In this document: positions 9,675-21,441 of the stretch, one piece after another
Numbering within the stretch: position 1 is the first letter of the stretch
Layout of the letters: each line of letters begins with the position of its first letter
Assembly: GCA_031412255.1 (NCBI GenBank)
Contig: JANOCQ010000319.1
Span: 2,778 to 66,777, forward strand
DNA: 64,000 nt
Direction of reading: 5' to 3'
DNA from: Paracoccaceae bacterium
GTDB taxonomy: Bacteria; Pseudomonadota; Alphaproteobacteria; Rhodobacterales; Rhodobacteraceae
Notes under the pieces: model-generated
The model's database searches: none
The model's input: only the letters and a program-made list of their open reading frames with translations
What the model was told of the DNA's origin: nothing
Position numbers and translations under genes: made by a program

Positions 9675-10007
9675 CTAGTTCGTCGCCGGTTCGGTCTTGT
9701 TCAGCACAGTGGTGATGGTGTGCTTGAGGACCTTGACCTTGACGCCGTCGGCAATCTCGACTTCGACCATGCCGTCCTCCTGAACCTTGGAGACCTTGGC
9801 GACGATGCCGCCCGAGGTCACGACCTGGTCACCGCGGCGGAGCGCCTCGACCATTGCGCGGTGTTCCTTCATCTTCTTCTGCTGCGGGCGGATCAGCAGG
9901 AAGTAGAAGATCACGAAGATCAGGACGATCGGCAGGAATTGCGCGAAGACGGCGGCGCCTCCGGGCGCGGCTGCGGCGTCCTGGGCGAAAGCTGGAGTGA
10001 CGAACAT
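9675..10007 (-). CDS. yajC: Preprotein translocase subunit YajC
   Basis: [26 protein letters not shown]-like agagg upstream of the ATG at 10007. Confidence 0.95.
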   Translation of the reverse strand: MFVTPAFAQDAAAAPGGAAVFAQFLPIVLIFVIFYFLLIRPQQKKMKEHRAMVEALRRGDQVVTSGGIVAKVSKVQEDGMVEVEIADGVKVKVLKHTITTVLNKTEPATN

Positions 10008-10192
10008 GGGCATCCTCTCTGGGCAGGGCCGGGTGGTCGGTCTTGCCGCCCCCATTGCGATTGTCGGGTGATGTAAGGCCTTTCGCGGCACTTTGCCAGA
10101 GGGCGCGCGCGGTGAGCCGAACAGGGCGACGGCTTCCCCCCTGCCGGGATATCGGGCATAAGCGCCCGCGTATCCTTTCACTGAGGTCTGCC

Positions 10193-11478
<1,286 letters not shown>

Positions 11479-11483
11479 GCCCG

Positions 11484-11528
11484 GAACCGCCCCAAGGGTG
11501 GCGGGTTCCCTCTACCCTGTTGTTTTTC
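11484..11528 (+). terminator. Probable intrinsic terminator after serS
   Basis: ggaaccgcc...ggcgggttcc stem followed, after a short spacer, by a T-rich tract. Confidence 0.45.
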
Positions 11529-11540
11529 CTGGAGGCCGGA

Positions 11541-12248
11541 ATGTCCCGACCGCTTTCGCTGATCCTGTTCCTGGCAACCATCGCCTTTGCGCTGGCGCCC
11601 TTCGTCACACCGCCCTTCACCGGCTACCAGCCTGGCCAGTTCCCGGTGGAGATCGCCCGCCCGGCGATCCAGCCGGCAGGTTATGCGTTTTCGATCTGGT
11701 CGGTAATCTATCTGTGGCTCATCATCCATGCCGGTTACGGGCTGTGGAAGCGACAGGGCGATCCGGCTTGGATGCGGGTGAGGCCCGCTTTGACAGTGGC
11801 GTTGGTGCTGGGCACGGTCTGGCTGGCGATTGCCGGAGCAAGCCCGATCTGGGCGACGGCGGTGATCCTGGTGATGGCGGGGGCGGCGATCCTGGCCTTT
11901 CTGCAGGCCCCGACCGAGCCGGACCGCTGGCTGTTGTCCGCCCCATTGGCGATCTTCGCAGGCTGGCTGACCGCGGCGTCGCTGGTTTCGACCGGTATCC
12001 TGCTGGCCGGATATGGCTACACCGGAAACGAAGAAGCGGCCTATGACATGATGGGAGTGGTGCTGATCCTGGCACCGCTGGTTCAGTCGCGGCGGCCGCG
12101 GATGCCGGTCTATTCGCTGACGGTTGCCTGGGCGCTGGTCGGCGTCGCGGTGGCGAACTGGGGCAGCGGCTCGCTGGTCGCTTGGACGGCGCTGGGAATC
12201 GGCGCGGTGGTCCTTGCGGCGGCGGCCTGGTTCTGGCGGCGCGGGTGA
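11541..12248 (+). CDS. Integral membrane protein, TspO/tryptophan-rich sensory-like
   Basis: Multiple TM helices with PAGYAFSIWSVIY and IFAGWLTAAS motifs. SD ggagg precedes the ATG. Confidence 0.65.
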   Translation: MSRPLSLILFLATIAFALAPFVTPPFTGYQPGQFPVEIARPAIQPAGYAFSIWSVIYLWLIIHAGYGLWKRQGDPAWMRVRPALTVALVLGTVWLAIAGASPIWATAVILVMAGAAILAFLQAPTEPDRWLLSAPLAIFAGWLTAASLVSTGILLAGYGYTGNEEAAYDMMGVVLILAPLVQSRRPRMPVYSLTVAWALVGVAVANWGSGSLVAWTALGIGAVVLAAAAWFWRRG

Positions 12249-12315
12249 CGGAATTTTCGAAAATTCCGGTGCGGAGCCTTTGAAGGCTCCGGTCCGATTT
12301 CTTTGAAGAAATCGG
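12249..12315. repeat. Stacked TTYGAA-centred palindromes, family A copy 1
   Basis: cggaattttcgaaaattccg, cggagcctttgaaggctccg, ccgatttctttgaagaaatcgg. Confidence 0.85.
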
Positions 12316-12323
12316 TGCCCGGT

Positions 12324-13793
12324 TTACTGCCCGGTATTCTTTTCCTTGTGCTTCCTAAGGCGCGAGGGTGTGTGAAATTTGCGGTCTTTCCACGGGTTCT
12401 CGTTGCCCTGGCTGCGCAGGAAAAGCCGGATCGGCGTGCCTGGCATGTCGAAATGGTCGCGCAACCCGTTGACCAGATAGCGCTTGTAGCTTTCCGGCAG
12501 CTCGTCCGGGCGCGAGCACTTGATCATGAAGCCGGGCGGCCGGGTCTTGGCCTGCGTCATATAGCGGAGCTTGATGCGGTGGCCGCCGGGGGCCGGTGGC
12601 GGGTGCGCCTCGGTCATCGCACCAAGCCAGGTGTTCAGCTTGGCAGTCGCGATACGGCGGTTCCAGACGTCATGCGCCTTGCGGATCGCGTCGTGAAGCC
12701 GGTCGAGCCCCCTGCCCGTCTTGGCGCTGACGGTGACCAGCGGCGCGCCGCGCAGCTGCGGCAGGAGGCGGTCGAACATCTCTTTCAGCTCGGCCAGCTT
12801 TTCCTGCTTTTCTTCTTCCAGGTCCCACTTGTTGACGGCGACCACAACGGCGCGGCCTTCGGTTTCGGCGAAGTCAGCGATGCGAAGGTCCTGGACTTCG
12901 AACGGGATTTCCACGTCAAGGAGGACCACGACCACCTCGGCGAAGCGGACCGCGCGAATGCCGTCGGAGACGCTGAGTTTCTCAAGTTTTTCGGTAATCC
13001 GCGCCTTTTTGCGCATACCGGCGGTGTCGAAGATCCGGATCGGAGTGCCGTGCCATTCGGCGCGGACCGAGATCGAGTCGCGGGTGATCCCCGGTTCGGG
13101 CCCAGTCAGAAGGCGGTCGTAGCCAAGGATCTTGTTGATGAGCGTCGATTTTCCGGCATTCGGGCGGCCGATGACGGCGATCTGCAAAGGCTTTTTCGCC
13201 GTCGGATAATGGGCGGTCTCATCCGCTTCCAGTTCTGCGTCGGCTTCGGAAAGGTCGATGTCGACTTCGGGCGCGTTCTCGGCCTCACGCTCGGCGAATT
13301 CGCCTTCGAGGGGTTTCAATTCGCGGTAAAGGTCGTCCATCCCTTCGCCATGTTCGGCGGAGATCCGGATCGGTTCGCCAAGACCAAGCGAGTATGCCTC
13401 CAAAGCTCCGGCATCACCGGCCTTGCCCTCGGCCTTGTTCACGGCCAGGAAAACGCGGGCGTTCTTCTTGCGCAGGATGTCTGCGAAGACTTCGTCGGAG
13501 GGGGTCACGCCCACCCGGCCGTCGATGACGAAAAGGCAGGCGTCGGCCATTTCCACGGCACGCTCGGTCAAGCGGCGCATTCGGCCCTGAAGACTGTCGT
13601 CGGTGATTTCTTCCAGGCCCGCGGTGTCGATCACCGTGAAGCGCATGTCGAAAAGCCGCGCGTCGCCTTCACGCAAGTCGCGAGTCACGCCAGGCTGGTC
13701 GTCGACCAGCGCAAGCTTGCGGCCCACGAGGCGGTTGAAGAGCGTCGACTTGCCCACATTCGGGCGTCCCACGATGGCGAGGGTGAAGGTCAT
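12324..13793 (-). CDS. der: Ribosome biogenesis GTPase Der
   Basis: Two G domains ([12 protein letters not shown] and [16 protein letters not shown]) plus a KH-like C-terminus. Confidence 0.97.
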   Translation of the reverse strand: MTFTLAIVGRPNVGKSTLFNRLVGRKLALVDDQPGVTRDLREGDARLFDMRFTVIDTAGLEEITDDSLQGRMRRLTERAVEMADACLFVIDGRVGVTPSDEVFADILRKKNARVFLAVNKAEGKAGDAGALEAYSLGLGEPIRISAEHGEGMDDLYRELKPLEGEFAEREAENAPEVDIDLSEADAELEADETAHYPTAKKPLQIAVIGRPNAGKSTLINKILGYDRLLTGPEPGITRDSISVRAEWHGTPIRIFDTAGMRKKARITEKLEKLSVSDGIRAVRFAEVVVVLLDVEIPFEVQDLRIADFAETEGRAVVVAVNKWDLEEEKQEKLAELKEMFDRLLPQLRGAPLVTVSAKTGRGLDRLHDAIRKAHDVWNRRIATAKLNTWLGAMTEAHPPPAPGGHRIKLRYMTQAKTRPPGFMIKCSRPDELPESYKRYLVNGLRDHFDMPGTPIRLFLRSQGNENPWKDRKFHTPSRLRKHKEKNTGQ

Positions 13794-13841
13794 GGTTCAG
13801 GTCCGGCAATGGCGAAGGCGCTGCCATACACGGGTTGGCCC

Positions 13842-15197
13842 CTAGCGGAAAGCGTGAAGTTGCCCGTTGGTGCCGACGACATAAAGCGTGCCGCCCGCGA
13901 CGGCAGGCTGCGCTGCGGCCCCGCCCGGGATTTCCGCGGTGTAGGCCAACGAGCCATCAGTCGGGTCAAAGGCGCGCAGGAGGCCGTCGGAGGAGACGAC
14001 CATGATGCGGCCCCCGGCCAGCACCGGTCCGTAATGGGCGAAGATACCCTTGCGGCGCTTGGGCTTGTCGTTGGTGAAGTAGGGCATCTCGACGGCCCAG
14101 ATTACCGCGCCCGTGGCGGCATCAAGGCGAACGAGCTTGGCTTCGTCGTTGACGAGGAAGAGCGAGCCGCCCGCGACGGCGACAGGGCCCATGGCACCTT
14201 CGCCGGCGGACCAGATGCGTTCGCCCGAAGACGCGGACATCGCAACGGTGCGGCCCGCGCCGGAGCCTGCAAAAAGGGTCTTTCCGGCGATGACGGCGTC
14301 GCCGGTGACGTCGGACGTCAGGGCATAAGCGCGGCCCAGGCGTTTGCCGGCCAGAGAGGACTGCCAGACCTTCGTGCCGCCGCCGATCTTCAGGACGGCC
14401 ATCAGGTCTCCAGCGGAAGACGGGAAGATCACGGCGCGGTCGCCGACGGTGGGGGCGGCTGTGCCGACGTAGGCGGTCTTGCCGGGGGTGCCGACGACCT
14501 GCCAGATCACCTTGCCGTCGGCAGCGTTAACCGCCCAGGCGGACCCGTCGCGGCCCGAGACGTAGACAGCCTGTCCATCGGTCGCGGGGGCGCCGCTGAT
14601 CGGGGCGTCGACGCGCTGGCGCCAGATCACGGCGCCAGAGGCGGCGTCAAGTGCGACAAGTTCGCCGTAGCCGGTGGTGGCGTAGACGCGGCCGTTCGCG
14701 GTGGCAAGTCCGCCCGAGGATTGACCGCCGCCCTTGTCGAAGTTGGCCGTCAGGTCGCTGGACCACAGGGTGGCGCCGCCCGTTGAGGTGGCGGTGACGG
14801 CGGTCCCGGCGTCAATGGTGAAGATGCGGCCATCTGCCACAACGGGGGCCGCGGCGATACGGTTCTTGCGACTTGAGCCAGAGCCGATCTTGGCCGACCA
14901 GACGCGCTGTGGCGCAGCCGACAGGGCGGCGTGCGGCATGAGGTGACGGGCATTGCCGGCGCGGTGGGTCCAGTCACCGCCGGTCTGGGGACCAAGCGAG
15001 ATCGCAACGCTCTGGTTTTCCGGGGCGGCGGGGGAGGTAGGGGCGGGCTGGCCTTCGACCGGGACGGAAGCGTCAAGTTCGGCACGGATCGGGAAACGTT
15101 CCCCGCTCAGGATCACTTCACGCTGTCCGCAGGCGGCCAGAAGCGCCAGCAGCCCCACGCCGGTCATCAGCCTGCCGCCCATCTGTCTGAACTTCAT
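13842..15197 (-). CDS. bamB: PQQ-type beta-propeller outer-membrane lipoprotein (BamB-like), start approximate
   Basis: Lipobox LLALLAAC, repeated G.L.ALDA.TG..IW motifs, conserved position upstream of der. Confidence 0.8.
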   Translation of the reverse strand: MKFRQMGGRLMTGVGLLALLAACGQREVILSGERFPIRAELDASVPVEGQPAPTSPAAPENQSVAISLGPQTGGDWTHRAGNARHLMPHAALSAAPQRVWSAKIGSGSSRKNRIAAAPVVADGRIFTIDAGTAVTATSTGGATLWSSDLTANFDKGGGQSSGGLATANGRVYATTGYGELVALDAASGAVIWRQRVDAPISGAPATDGQAVYVSGRDGSAWAVNAADGKVIWQVVGTPGKTAYVGTAAPTVGDRAVIFPSSAGDLMAVLKIGGGTKVWQSSLAGKRLGRAYALTSDVTGDAVIAGKTLFAGSGAGRTVAMSASSGERIWSAGEGAMGPVAVAGGSLFLVNDEAKLVRLDAATGAVIWAVEMPYFTNDKPKRRKGIFAHYGPVLAGGRIMVVSSDGLLRAFDPTDGSLAYTAEIPGGAAAQPAVAGGTLYVVGTNGQLHAFR

Positions 15198-15240
15198 GCG
15201 TGCCACCTGAAACGACCTTTCCGATTTGCCCATCACCGCG

Positions 15241-15897
15241 TCAGCCACCGGCCGTTTCGGGCGGGGTGCCGCCCAGGGCGACGATCACCTGGCCCAAGCG
15301 CGCACGCAGCGGACCCGAAGCTTCCTGGTCCTGCATGAGCGTTCCCAATGCCGCAATGGCTTGGTCTGTCTTGCCTTCCTCAACCAGAAGGTAGGCGAGC
15401 TGTTCCTCGGCCAGCGCCCGGTACGGTCGTCCCGGTCCGGCAATGGCCTGCAGGGCAGTCCGTCGCTCGGCAAGAGGCTGATCGGTTCCGGCCACAAGAA
15501 CGCGGCGCAGGGCGGCAAGATCGCGGTAGGCGGCGGGAAGGCTCGCGTCTGTGGCGACCTTGTCCAGCGCTGCCAGCCGCGTCGCCTGGTCCTCATCGGG
15601 GTCGGAGGCAAGGACCAGTTGCAGGATCGCAGTCTGCTCGGCATCCGAGGCCACGGCGGCCAGTGCCTCGCGGCGTTCTTCGGGCGTGCCCTGGTCAAGC
15701 GCATCGATCAGGCCATTCCCGAACGCTTCCGCGCGCGCGGCGTCCCGGGATTTCGACCATTCCGTCCAGGCAGTTCCGCCGACGAGGCCGAGGATGATAA
15801 CCACCCCGACCCAGCCATAGTTGCGGAACAGGCGGAACAGCCGGTCCCGGCGCACCTCTTCGGTGACTTCTTCGATGAAGCTGTCGGGATTGCTCAA
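15241..15897 (-). CDS. YfgM-like membrane-anchored TPR protein
   Basis: SFIEEVTEEVRRDR N-terminus, one TM helix, helical repeats, yfgM-bamB-der synteny. Confidence 0.8.
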   Translation of the reverse strand: MSNPDSFIEEVTEEVRRDRLFRLFRNYGWVGVVIILGLVGGTAWTEWSKSRDAARAEAFGNGLIDALDQGTPEERREALAAVASDAEQTAILQLVLASDPDEDQATRLAALDKVATDASLPAAYRDLAALRRVLVAGTDQPLAERRTALQAIAGPGRPYRALAEEQLAYLLVEEGKTDQAIAALGTLMQDQEASGPLRARLGQVIVALGGTPPETAGG

Positions 15898-15978
15898 CGC
15901 CGTTGCCTCTGCTTTCGTTTGCCCCGTCTTACAGGGAAAGGCCGCACATTGCCAAGCCCTGCCCCACCCGACCCGCGG

Positions 15979-18900
15979 TCAGAACTTCGTCGGCAGGCCC
16001 AGGCTCTTGCGGAAACCGTCAATCCAGTCCTCGAAGCCCTCGGGCAGCGTGCCCGCGGCCTGCATCTCTTCGAGAATGGTCAAGGCTTCCTGGTTCTCGG
16101 CAGTGGGGTCCTGCAGAAGGACCGCAGTTTCATCCAGCGCGCGAACGACGTCGATCCGGTACCAAGGGTCCTCGGGATAGGCCGCAGCGAGATCGCGCAT
16201 GATGCGCAAGGATTCCTGCTGATGCCCCAGAGCGGTTTCAAAGTCGTTGCGGTCGGCAAGTGCGGCGGCAACGCTGGCTTGGCTGAGTGCCAGATTGCGA
16301 TACCACAGGGGATTGGACGGGTCCTGGTTGACCAGCCAGTCGCGCAAGGCCAGCGCGTCCTGATGGCTTTTAAGTGCCGCGGCCACGTCGCCCGTGGCGC
16401 CTTGCGCGTTGCCGAGCCGGGTCAGCCCTAGGGCAAGGTCGTTGGCCCAGAGGGTGCTGTAGGGGTCGATATCAAGAAGCCGGTTGCCCTGCTCGACCAT
16501 CGCCCTGAAGGTGGTGGCGGCGGCGCGGTTGTCCCCCAGTGCCACCTGCGCATCGCCCAGGCGGTTCAGCGTGACCAGCCGGTCGTGGATATGGTCGGGC
16601 ACGTCAGGCGCGAGTTGCAGCAGACGGTCAGCTGTAGCCAGTGCGGCTGTGGCGACTGTCACGGCCTCGGTGTTGCGACCAAGCTGCATGAGCGCCGAGG
16701 CGTGGATGTTCTGGGCAATGGACAGGTCGCGCAGGGCGAAAGTGTCTTCGGGGGCGGCACCTGCAAGCTGCGCGTGTCGCGACACCGCGTTGGCGATCAG
16801 CGGCTCGGCGGCGGCGGCGTTGCCTTCGGTCAGGTTCAGATCGGCCATGGCGGCAAGAGAAACCGCGCTGTCGCGCAGGTAGCCGGGATCAGCCTCGGTG
16901 GTGGCGATGGCCAGGCGAAGGTCCAGGGCCGTCTGCAACGCCTCACGTGCGCCGGCTGCGTCGCCCATGGCGGATTTGATGTCGGAGATCTTTTGCAACG
17001 CGTCGCCGAGGTCGGACTGCCGCGACATGTCCTCGGGATTCAGCGCGACGATGGCCTCGGCGATGCCGCGGGCGGACTCTTGCGCGTCCAGGGCCGCGAC
17101 GAAATCATTGGAGTCGAAGTGGATGTCGCCCATGCGGTCGAGGCTTGCGAGAAGATCCTGTTGCCAGACCATGTTGGTGGGGTCGAGAGCGGCGAGGTTT
17201 TGCCGGATCGACAGGGCGGCTTCGTAGGCGAGAAGGGCCGAGTCCATTTCTTCCAAATAGCGCTGAGCATCGCCGATCCGGTCGAAGTTGATCGCAAGGT
17301 CGCGCTTGCGGGGCTTGTTTTCGGGGTCGAGCGCGGCCAGTTCCTCGCGGATTGCCAGCGCCTTGCCATAGGTTTCCAGAGCGCCGGGATAGTCGCCTTC
17401 GTCAACGAGCATGTCGCCGATCCGTTCGTAACTGACAGAGAGGTTGCGGCGGATCACCGTGTCTGTCGGGTACTCCGAGACCAGCGCCTCTGAAATCTCC
17501 AGCGCGGTCTGGAAGGCGGCTGTCGCTCCCTCCTTGTCGCCAAGGCTGAGCTTGGCGTCGCCGATCCGTTCCTGAGTATAGGAGATGTCCATCCGGTAGG
17601 TGACATTCGTCGGTTCGCTGTCGAAGAGCGCTTGCGCGATCCCCAGCGCCTCGACATGGGCGTCAAGCGCGCCGGCGGCGTTGCGACGGGCAAGGCGGAT
17701 CGACCCGACGCGGTTCACCGCCACCTGGCGATCCCGCATCAGATCGACGTCGTCCGGCCTTTGGTCGGACTGCCACTGCGAGAATTCGAGTGCCGAGGCA
17801 TAGGCGGTTTCGGCTTCCTTCAGGTAACCCTGCTGCTGAAGCACGCTGCCGAGGTCGTTCATCGACCAGACGAGTTCGCGCACCCATTCCACATCGGTCG
17901 CATCGGCCTCGACGCGCGTCTGCGCAAAGGTCGCGCGGTCCTTGTAGGCAGCCCAGGCGGCCTCGGTATTGCCAGCCACAAGCTGAAGCTCGCCAAGGCT
18001 GGTCAGCGCGGTCGTGTAGGAGAACTGGGCATCGCGGTCCATGTCTTCGGCCACCTCCGCATAGAGGGCGGTCGCCTTCTGAAGGTCGGAGATGGCAAGG
18101 TCATAGCGCAGGTCGGTCTTGGCTGCATTGGCGTTCAGCATGTGGGTTGCGGCTTCGGAGAGCGTGCGCGACAGATAGGTTGCCTTGATCGCGCCGCGGG
18201 CATTGGCGTCGATGGCGGCAGCGTCGGTCAGCAGACCTCGGGCCGCGTCGAAGGCCCCAAGGGTCAGCTGTTCCTCGGCCTCGGCGCGCAATGCGGCGAC
18301 GCGGGGATCGTCGGACTGGAACTTTTGCAGCTCGGCCTGGAATTGCTCGTAGGACTGCGCGGCCTCCATGAGCATGGCGGCACGTTCCTCTGGCGTCTGG
18401 CTTTCCAGGTCGGCGGACAGGAGGGCCGCGTAAAGAGGTGCCAGTGGCAGATTGCGCGCGGAAGCCAGATATTCGACCTCGGCCCGGATGTCGGGGGTCA
18501 GGTTGGCCATCGCGATGAGGAGTTGGTCGCGTTCGGGAAGCACGCCCTGGCCGGAGATGAAGATGAGTTCGGGCAGGCCGGATTCGATGTACGGCAGTTG
18601 CTTGCCGCGGCTGCGGTCATAGACGTCCTGCTGGACCAGCGTCAGGGCGGTGCGCAGTTCGACCCCGGCGGTGGCGAAGTGGCGGACGAGGGCCGAGGTG
18701 AAGGGCGAGTTGGTGCCGTCCCCGTCCGAGGCGGTTTCGCCGGGTGCGGCGGCAAAGGCGAAAAGGACACCGTCGGCGCGGCCGATGCGCCCGAGGCCGG
18801 GCGTGGGTTTCGGCGCGGTGGGCGGGTCGTCCTCCAGCGCGGCGGCGCCACGCCCCTCGGTTCCGCCGCCCGCGAAAGGATCGTCGCGGCAGGCGTCCAA

Positions 18901-19338
18901 GAGGATGATGGCGACCTTTGCGACGGACTGTACCGCCTCTTGCGCCTCGGCGAGGGGGAGCGAGGTTTCGGCGAGCCGGGCGGCCGAGGAGGCATCGGCG
19001 TCGGTGGGCAACAGGTAGTTCACCCCATCTATGGCAACGCCGTGGCCCGCAAAGAACAGCAGGGCGACGTCGGCCCCGGCGGCGTCTTCCTTGAAATCCT
19101 CCAGCGCGCGGCGGGTGCGTTTCAGGTCGCGGTTGGTTTCGACAAAAACCTGAAAATCCAGCTGTTCCAGAACCGCTTCCAACGATCGAGCGTCATTCGC
19201 AGGGTTCGCGAGAGCGCGGACATTCCGGTAATCGTCCGCAGCAATCAGGAGAGCAACGCGCTTTTCCGCCAATGCGACGGTGACGCCGCAAAGCCAAAGG
19301 ATCAGAACAAGACCGACACGCCGAATGAGCATCGCCAC
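15979..19338 (-). CDS. Exported caspase-like (peptidase C14) protein with ~13 extended 48-aa TPR-like repeats
   Basis: Signal peptide (..VTVALA-EKRVALLI), LANPANDA, FFAGHG (His), LLDACR (Cys), GETASDG..NSPFT, then repeats of the type RDL..S.ERIGD.....GD..GAL..Y..AL.I...L...DP.N. Confidence 0.85.
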   Translation of the reverse strand: MAMLIRRVGLVLILWLCGVTVALAEKRVALLIAADDYRNVRALANPANDARSLEAVLEQLDFQVFVETNRDLKRTRRALEDFKEDAAGADVALLFFAGHGVAIDGVNYLLPTDADASSAARLAETSLPLAEAQEAVQSVAKVAIILLDACRDDPFAGGGTEGRGAAALEDDPPTAPKPTPGLGRIGRADGVLFAFAAAPGETASDGDGTNSPFTSALVRHFATAGVELRTALTLVQQDVYDRSRGKQLPYIESGLPELIFISGQGVLPERDQLLIAMANLTPDIRAEVEYLASARNLPLAPLYAALLSADLESQTPEERAAMLMEAAQSYEQFQAELQKFQSDDPRVAALRAEAEEQLTLGAFDAARGLLTDAAAIDANARGAIKATYLSRTLSEAATHMLNANAAKTDLRYDLAISDLQKATALYAEVAEDMDRDAQFSYTTALTSLGELQLVAGNTEAAWAAYKDRATFAQTRVEADATDVEWVRELVWSMNDLGSVLQQQGYLKEAETAYASALEFSQWQSDQRPDDVDLMRDRQVAVNRVGSIRLARRNAAGALDAHVEALGIAQALFDSEPTNVTYRMDISYTQERIGDAKLSLGDKEGATAAFQTALEISEALVSEYPTDTVIRRNLSVSYERIGDMLVDEGDYPGALETYGKALAIREELAALDPENKPRKRDLAINFDRIGDAQRYLEEMDSALLAYEAALSIRQNLAALDPTNMVWQQDLLASLDRMGDIHFDSNDFVAALDAQESARGIAEAIVALNPEDMSRQSDLGDALQKISDIKSAMGDAAGAREALQTALDLRLAIATTEADPGYLRDSAVSLAAMADLNLTEGNAAAAEPLIANAVSRHAQLAGAAPEDTFALRDLSIAQNIHASALMQLGRNTEAVTVATAALATADRLLQLAPDVPDHIHDRLVTLNRLGDAQVALGDNRAAATTFRAMVEQGNRLLDIDPYSTLWANDLALGLTRLGNAQGATGDVAAALKSHQDALALRDWLVNQDPSNPLWYRNLALSQASVAAALADRNDFETALGHQQESLRIMRDLAAAYPEDPWYRIDVVRALDETAVLLQDPTAENQEALTILEEMQAAGTLPEGFEDWIDGFRKSLGLPTKF

Positions 19339-19421
19339 TCCCGAAGGGTGGCGGCAGAATGCTGAAGCCTGACCGAATGGTCAAAGGAAAAAGCCCGTCA
19401 TGTTACGGCTTCACGGGCCTG

Positions 19422-21350
19422 TCAGCCAATCGGTGCAGCGCGCGCGTTGCGTTCCCGTGCTGCCTCCCTTTCCGTGTAAAGTGTGGCCGGTTTGGCACCC
19501 TCGAATTCAACCAGCGGGCTGGCGAAATCCTCGCCTTCCATAATCTGGCGCTGCCACATTGCGGTGTAGACCCCGCCCTGTTCCAACAGTTCATCGTGGG
19601 TTCCGCGTTCGACCACGCGACCCTCGTCCATCACCAGAATCTGGTCGGCGTCGGCGATGGTGGACAGACGGTGCGCGATGGTGATGACACTGCGGCCCTG
19701 CCCCATCTCGGCCAGGCTTTCCTGGATCGAACGTTCGGTCTGGGTGTCCAGCGCACTGGTCGCCTCGTCCAGGATCAGGATCGGCGGGTTTTTCAGCAGT
19801 GTCCGTGCGATGCCGACGCGCTGCTTTTCGCCGCCGGAAAGCTTCAGGCCGCGTTCGCCGACCTTGGTCTCATAACCTTCTGGCAGGCGCAGGACAAAGT
19901 CATGGATGCGGGCGGCGCGGGCGGCGGCCACGATCTCGGCTTCGGTCGCATCGGCCTTGCCGTAGGCGATGTTGTAGCGGATCGTGTCGTTGAAAAGCAC
20001 GGTATCCTGCGGCACCACGCCGATACTGGCGTGAAGCGAGGATTGCGTCACCTCGCGCAGGTCCTGCCCGTCGATCCGCACCGCGCCCGAGGTCACGTCG
20101 TAGAAGCGGAACAGAAGCCGCCCGATGGTGGACTTGCCGCTGCCGGAGTGTCCGACAAGGGCCAGCTTCTGGCCCGGCTTCAGGGTGAAGGAGACGCCCT
20201 TGAGGATCTCGCGCGTCGGCTCATAGCCGAAGTGGACGTTGTCGAAGGTGATCTCGCCCGCGCTGACCTGCAGAGGCCTGGCATCGGGAGCGTCTAGGAT
20301 TTCTGCGGGCTGGCCAAGAAGGCCGAACATCTCGCCCATGTCGACCAGTGCCTGCCGGATTTCGCGATAGACGGTGCCAAGGAAGTTCAAGGGCATGGTG
20401 ATCTGGATCATGTAGGCGTTGACCATCACGAAATCCCCGACAGTCAAAGTGCCTGCCCGGACGCCAAGCGCGCTCATCCCCATGACGATGACGAGGCCGG
20501 TGGTGATCAGGGTGGCCTGGCCCATGTTCAGGAACGACAACGACAGGCCGGTCTTGACCGCAGCGGTTTCATATTGCCGCATCGCGCCGTCGTAACGGTC
20601 AGCTTCGCGCGTTTCCGCGTTGAAATACTTGACAGTTTCGTAGTTCAGGAGGCTGTCGATGGCCTTCTGGTTGGCATCGGTGTCCTGGTCGTTCATCTCA
20701 CGCCGCAGCTTCACGCGCCATTCAGTCACCTTGAAGGTGAACAGGACGTAAAGCGTGATCGTGACGATCACGACGGCGGCGTATTCCCAGCCGAAAACCC
20801 AAGCGAAGATGCCAGCAACCATCGTCAGTTCCAGGATCAGCGGGCCGATGGAAAAAAGCATGAAGCGAAGAAGGAAATCCACGCCCTTCACCCCACGCTC
20901 GATTATGCGGGAAAGGCCGCCGGTCTTGCGGGTGATGTGATAGCGCAGGGACAACTGGTGGATGTGGGTGAAGGTTTCGATCGCAAGCCGGCGGATGGCG
21001 CGTTGGCCGACCCGGACGAAGACCGCATCGCGCAGTTCGCCGAACACAACCGCGCCCAGGCGGGCAAGCCCATAGGCCACGACAAGGCCAACTGCCCCAA
21101 GGCCAAGGATCATGCCGGTATCTGGGGCCACGCCGCCGAGCCGGTCGACGGCCAATTTGTAGAGGTAGGGCGTCGAGACGGAAACCAGCTTGGCAGCCAG
21201 CAGAAACAGCAGCGCGATGACGACCCGGCGCTTCACCCATCCCTGCCCTTCGGGCCAGAGATAGGGCACGACGCGACGGAGTGTGGTCATGGCCGGAGAA
21301 CGGGCAGTTGCGGCATCGGCGGAGGTAGCAGTCGAGGTGGTGCGGCGCAT
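19422..21350 (-). CDS. Atm1/HMT1-type ABC exporter (fused permease-ATPase)
   Basis: SLRYHITRKTGGLSR, DSLLNYETVKYFN, GHSGSGKS, LSGGEKQR, ILDEATSALD. Confidence 0.92.
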   Translation of the reverse strand: MRRTTSTATSADAATARSPAMTTLRRVVPYLWPEGQGWVKRRVVIALLFLLAAKLVSVSTPYLYKLAVDRLGGVAPDTGMILGLGAVGLVVAYGLARLGAVVFGELRDAVFVRVGQRAIRRLAIETFTHIHQLSLRYHITRKTGGLSRIIERGVKGVDFLLRFMLFSIGPLILELTMVAGIFAWVFGWEYAAVVIVTITLYVLFTFKVTEWRVKLRREMNDQDTDANQKAIDSLLNYETVKYFNAETREADRYDGAMRQYETAAVKTGLSLSFLNMGQATLITTGLVIVMGMSALGVRAGTLTVGDFVMVNAYMIQITMPLNFLGTVYREIRQALVDMGEMFGLLGQPAEILDAPDARPLQVSAGEITFDNVHFGYEPTREILKGVSFTLKPGQKLALVGHSGSGKSTIGRLLFRFYDVTSGAVRIDGQDLREVTQSSLHASIGVVPQDTVLFNDTIRYNIAYGKADATEAEIVAAARAARIHDFVLRLPEGYETKVGERGLKLSGGEKQRVGIARTLLKNPPILILDEATSALDTQTERSIQESLAEMGQGRSVITIAHRLSTIADADQILVMDEGRVVERGTHDELLEQGGVYTAMWQRQIMEGEDFASPLVEFEGAKPATLYTEREAARERNARAAPIG

Positions 21351-21414
21351 CGGATTCCTGGCGTCTCGGGACCGGCAGGATGATTGCGCGAGGACCCGGG
21401 TTCGGCTATGGTCA

Positions 21415-21432
21415 ATTCAAGTTTTCTTGAAT
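21415..21432. promoter_or_regulatory. Candidate ArsR operator
   Basis: Perfect inverted repeat ATTCAAG-TTTT-CTTGAAT ending 9 nt before the arsR ATG, inside the divergent atm1/arsR region. Confidence 0.65.
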
Positions 21433-21441
21433 AGTTGAACG

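Noticed and set aside
12249-12315. CRISPR array interpretation of the palindrome cassettes
   Set aside because: There are no identical repeats with unique 30-40 nt spacers and no cas genes, and the units abut directly and are dispersed.
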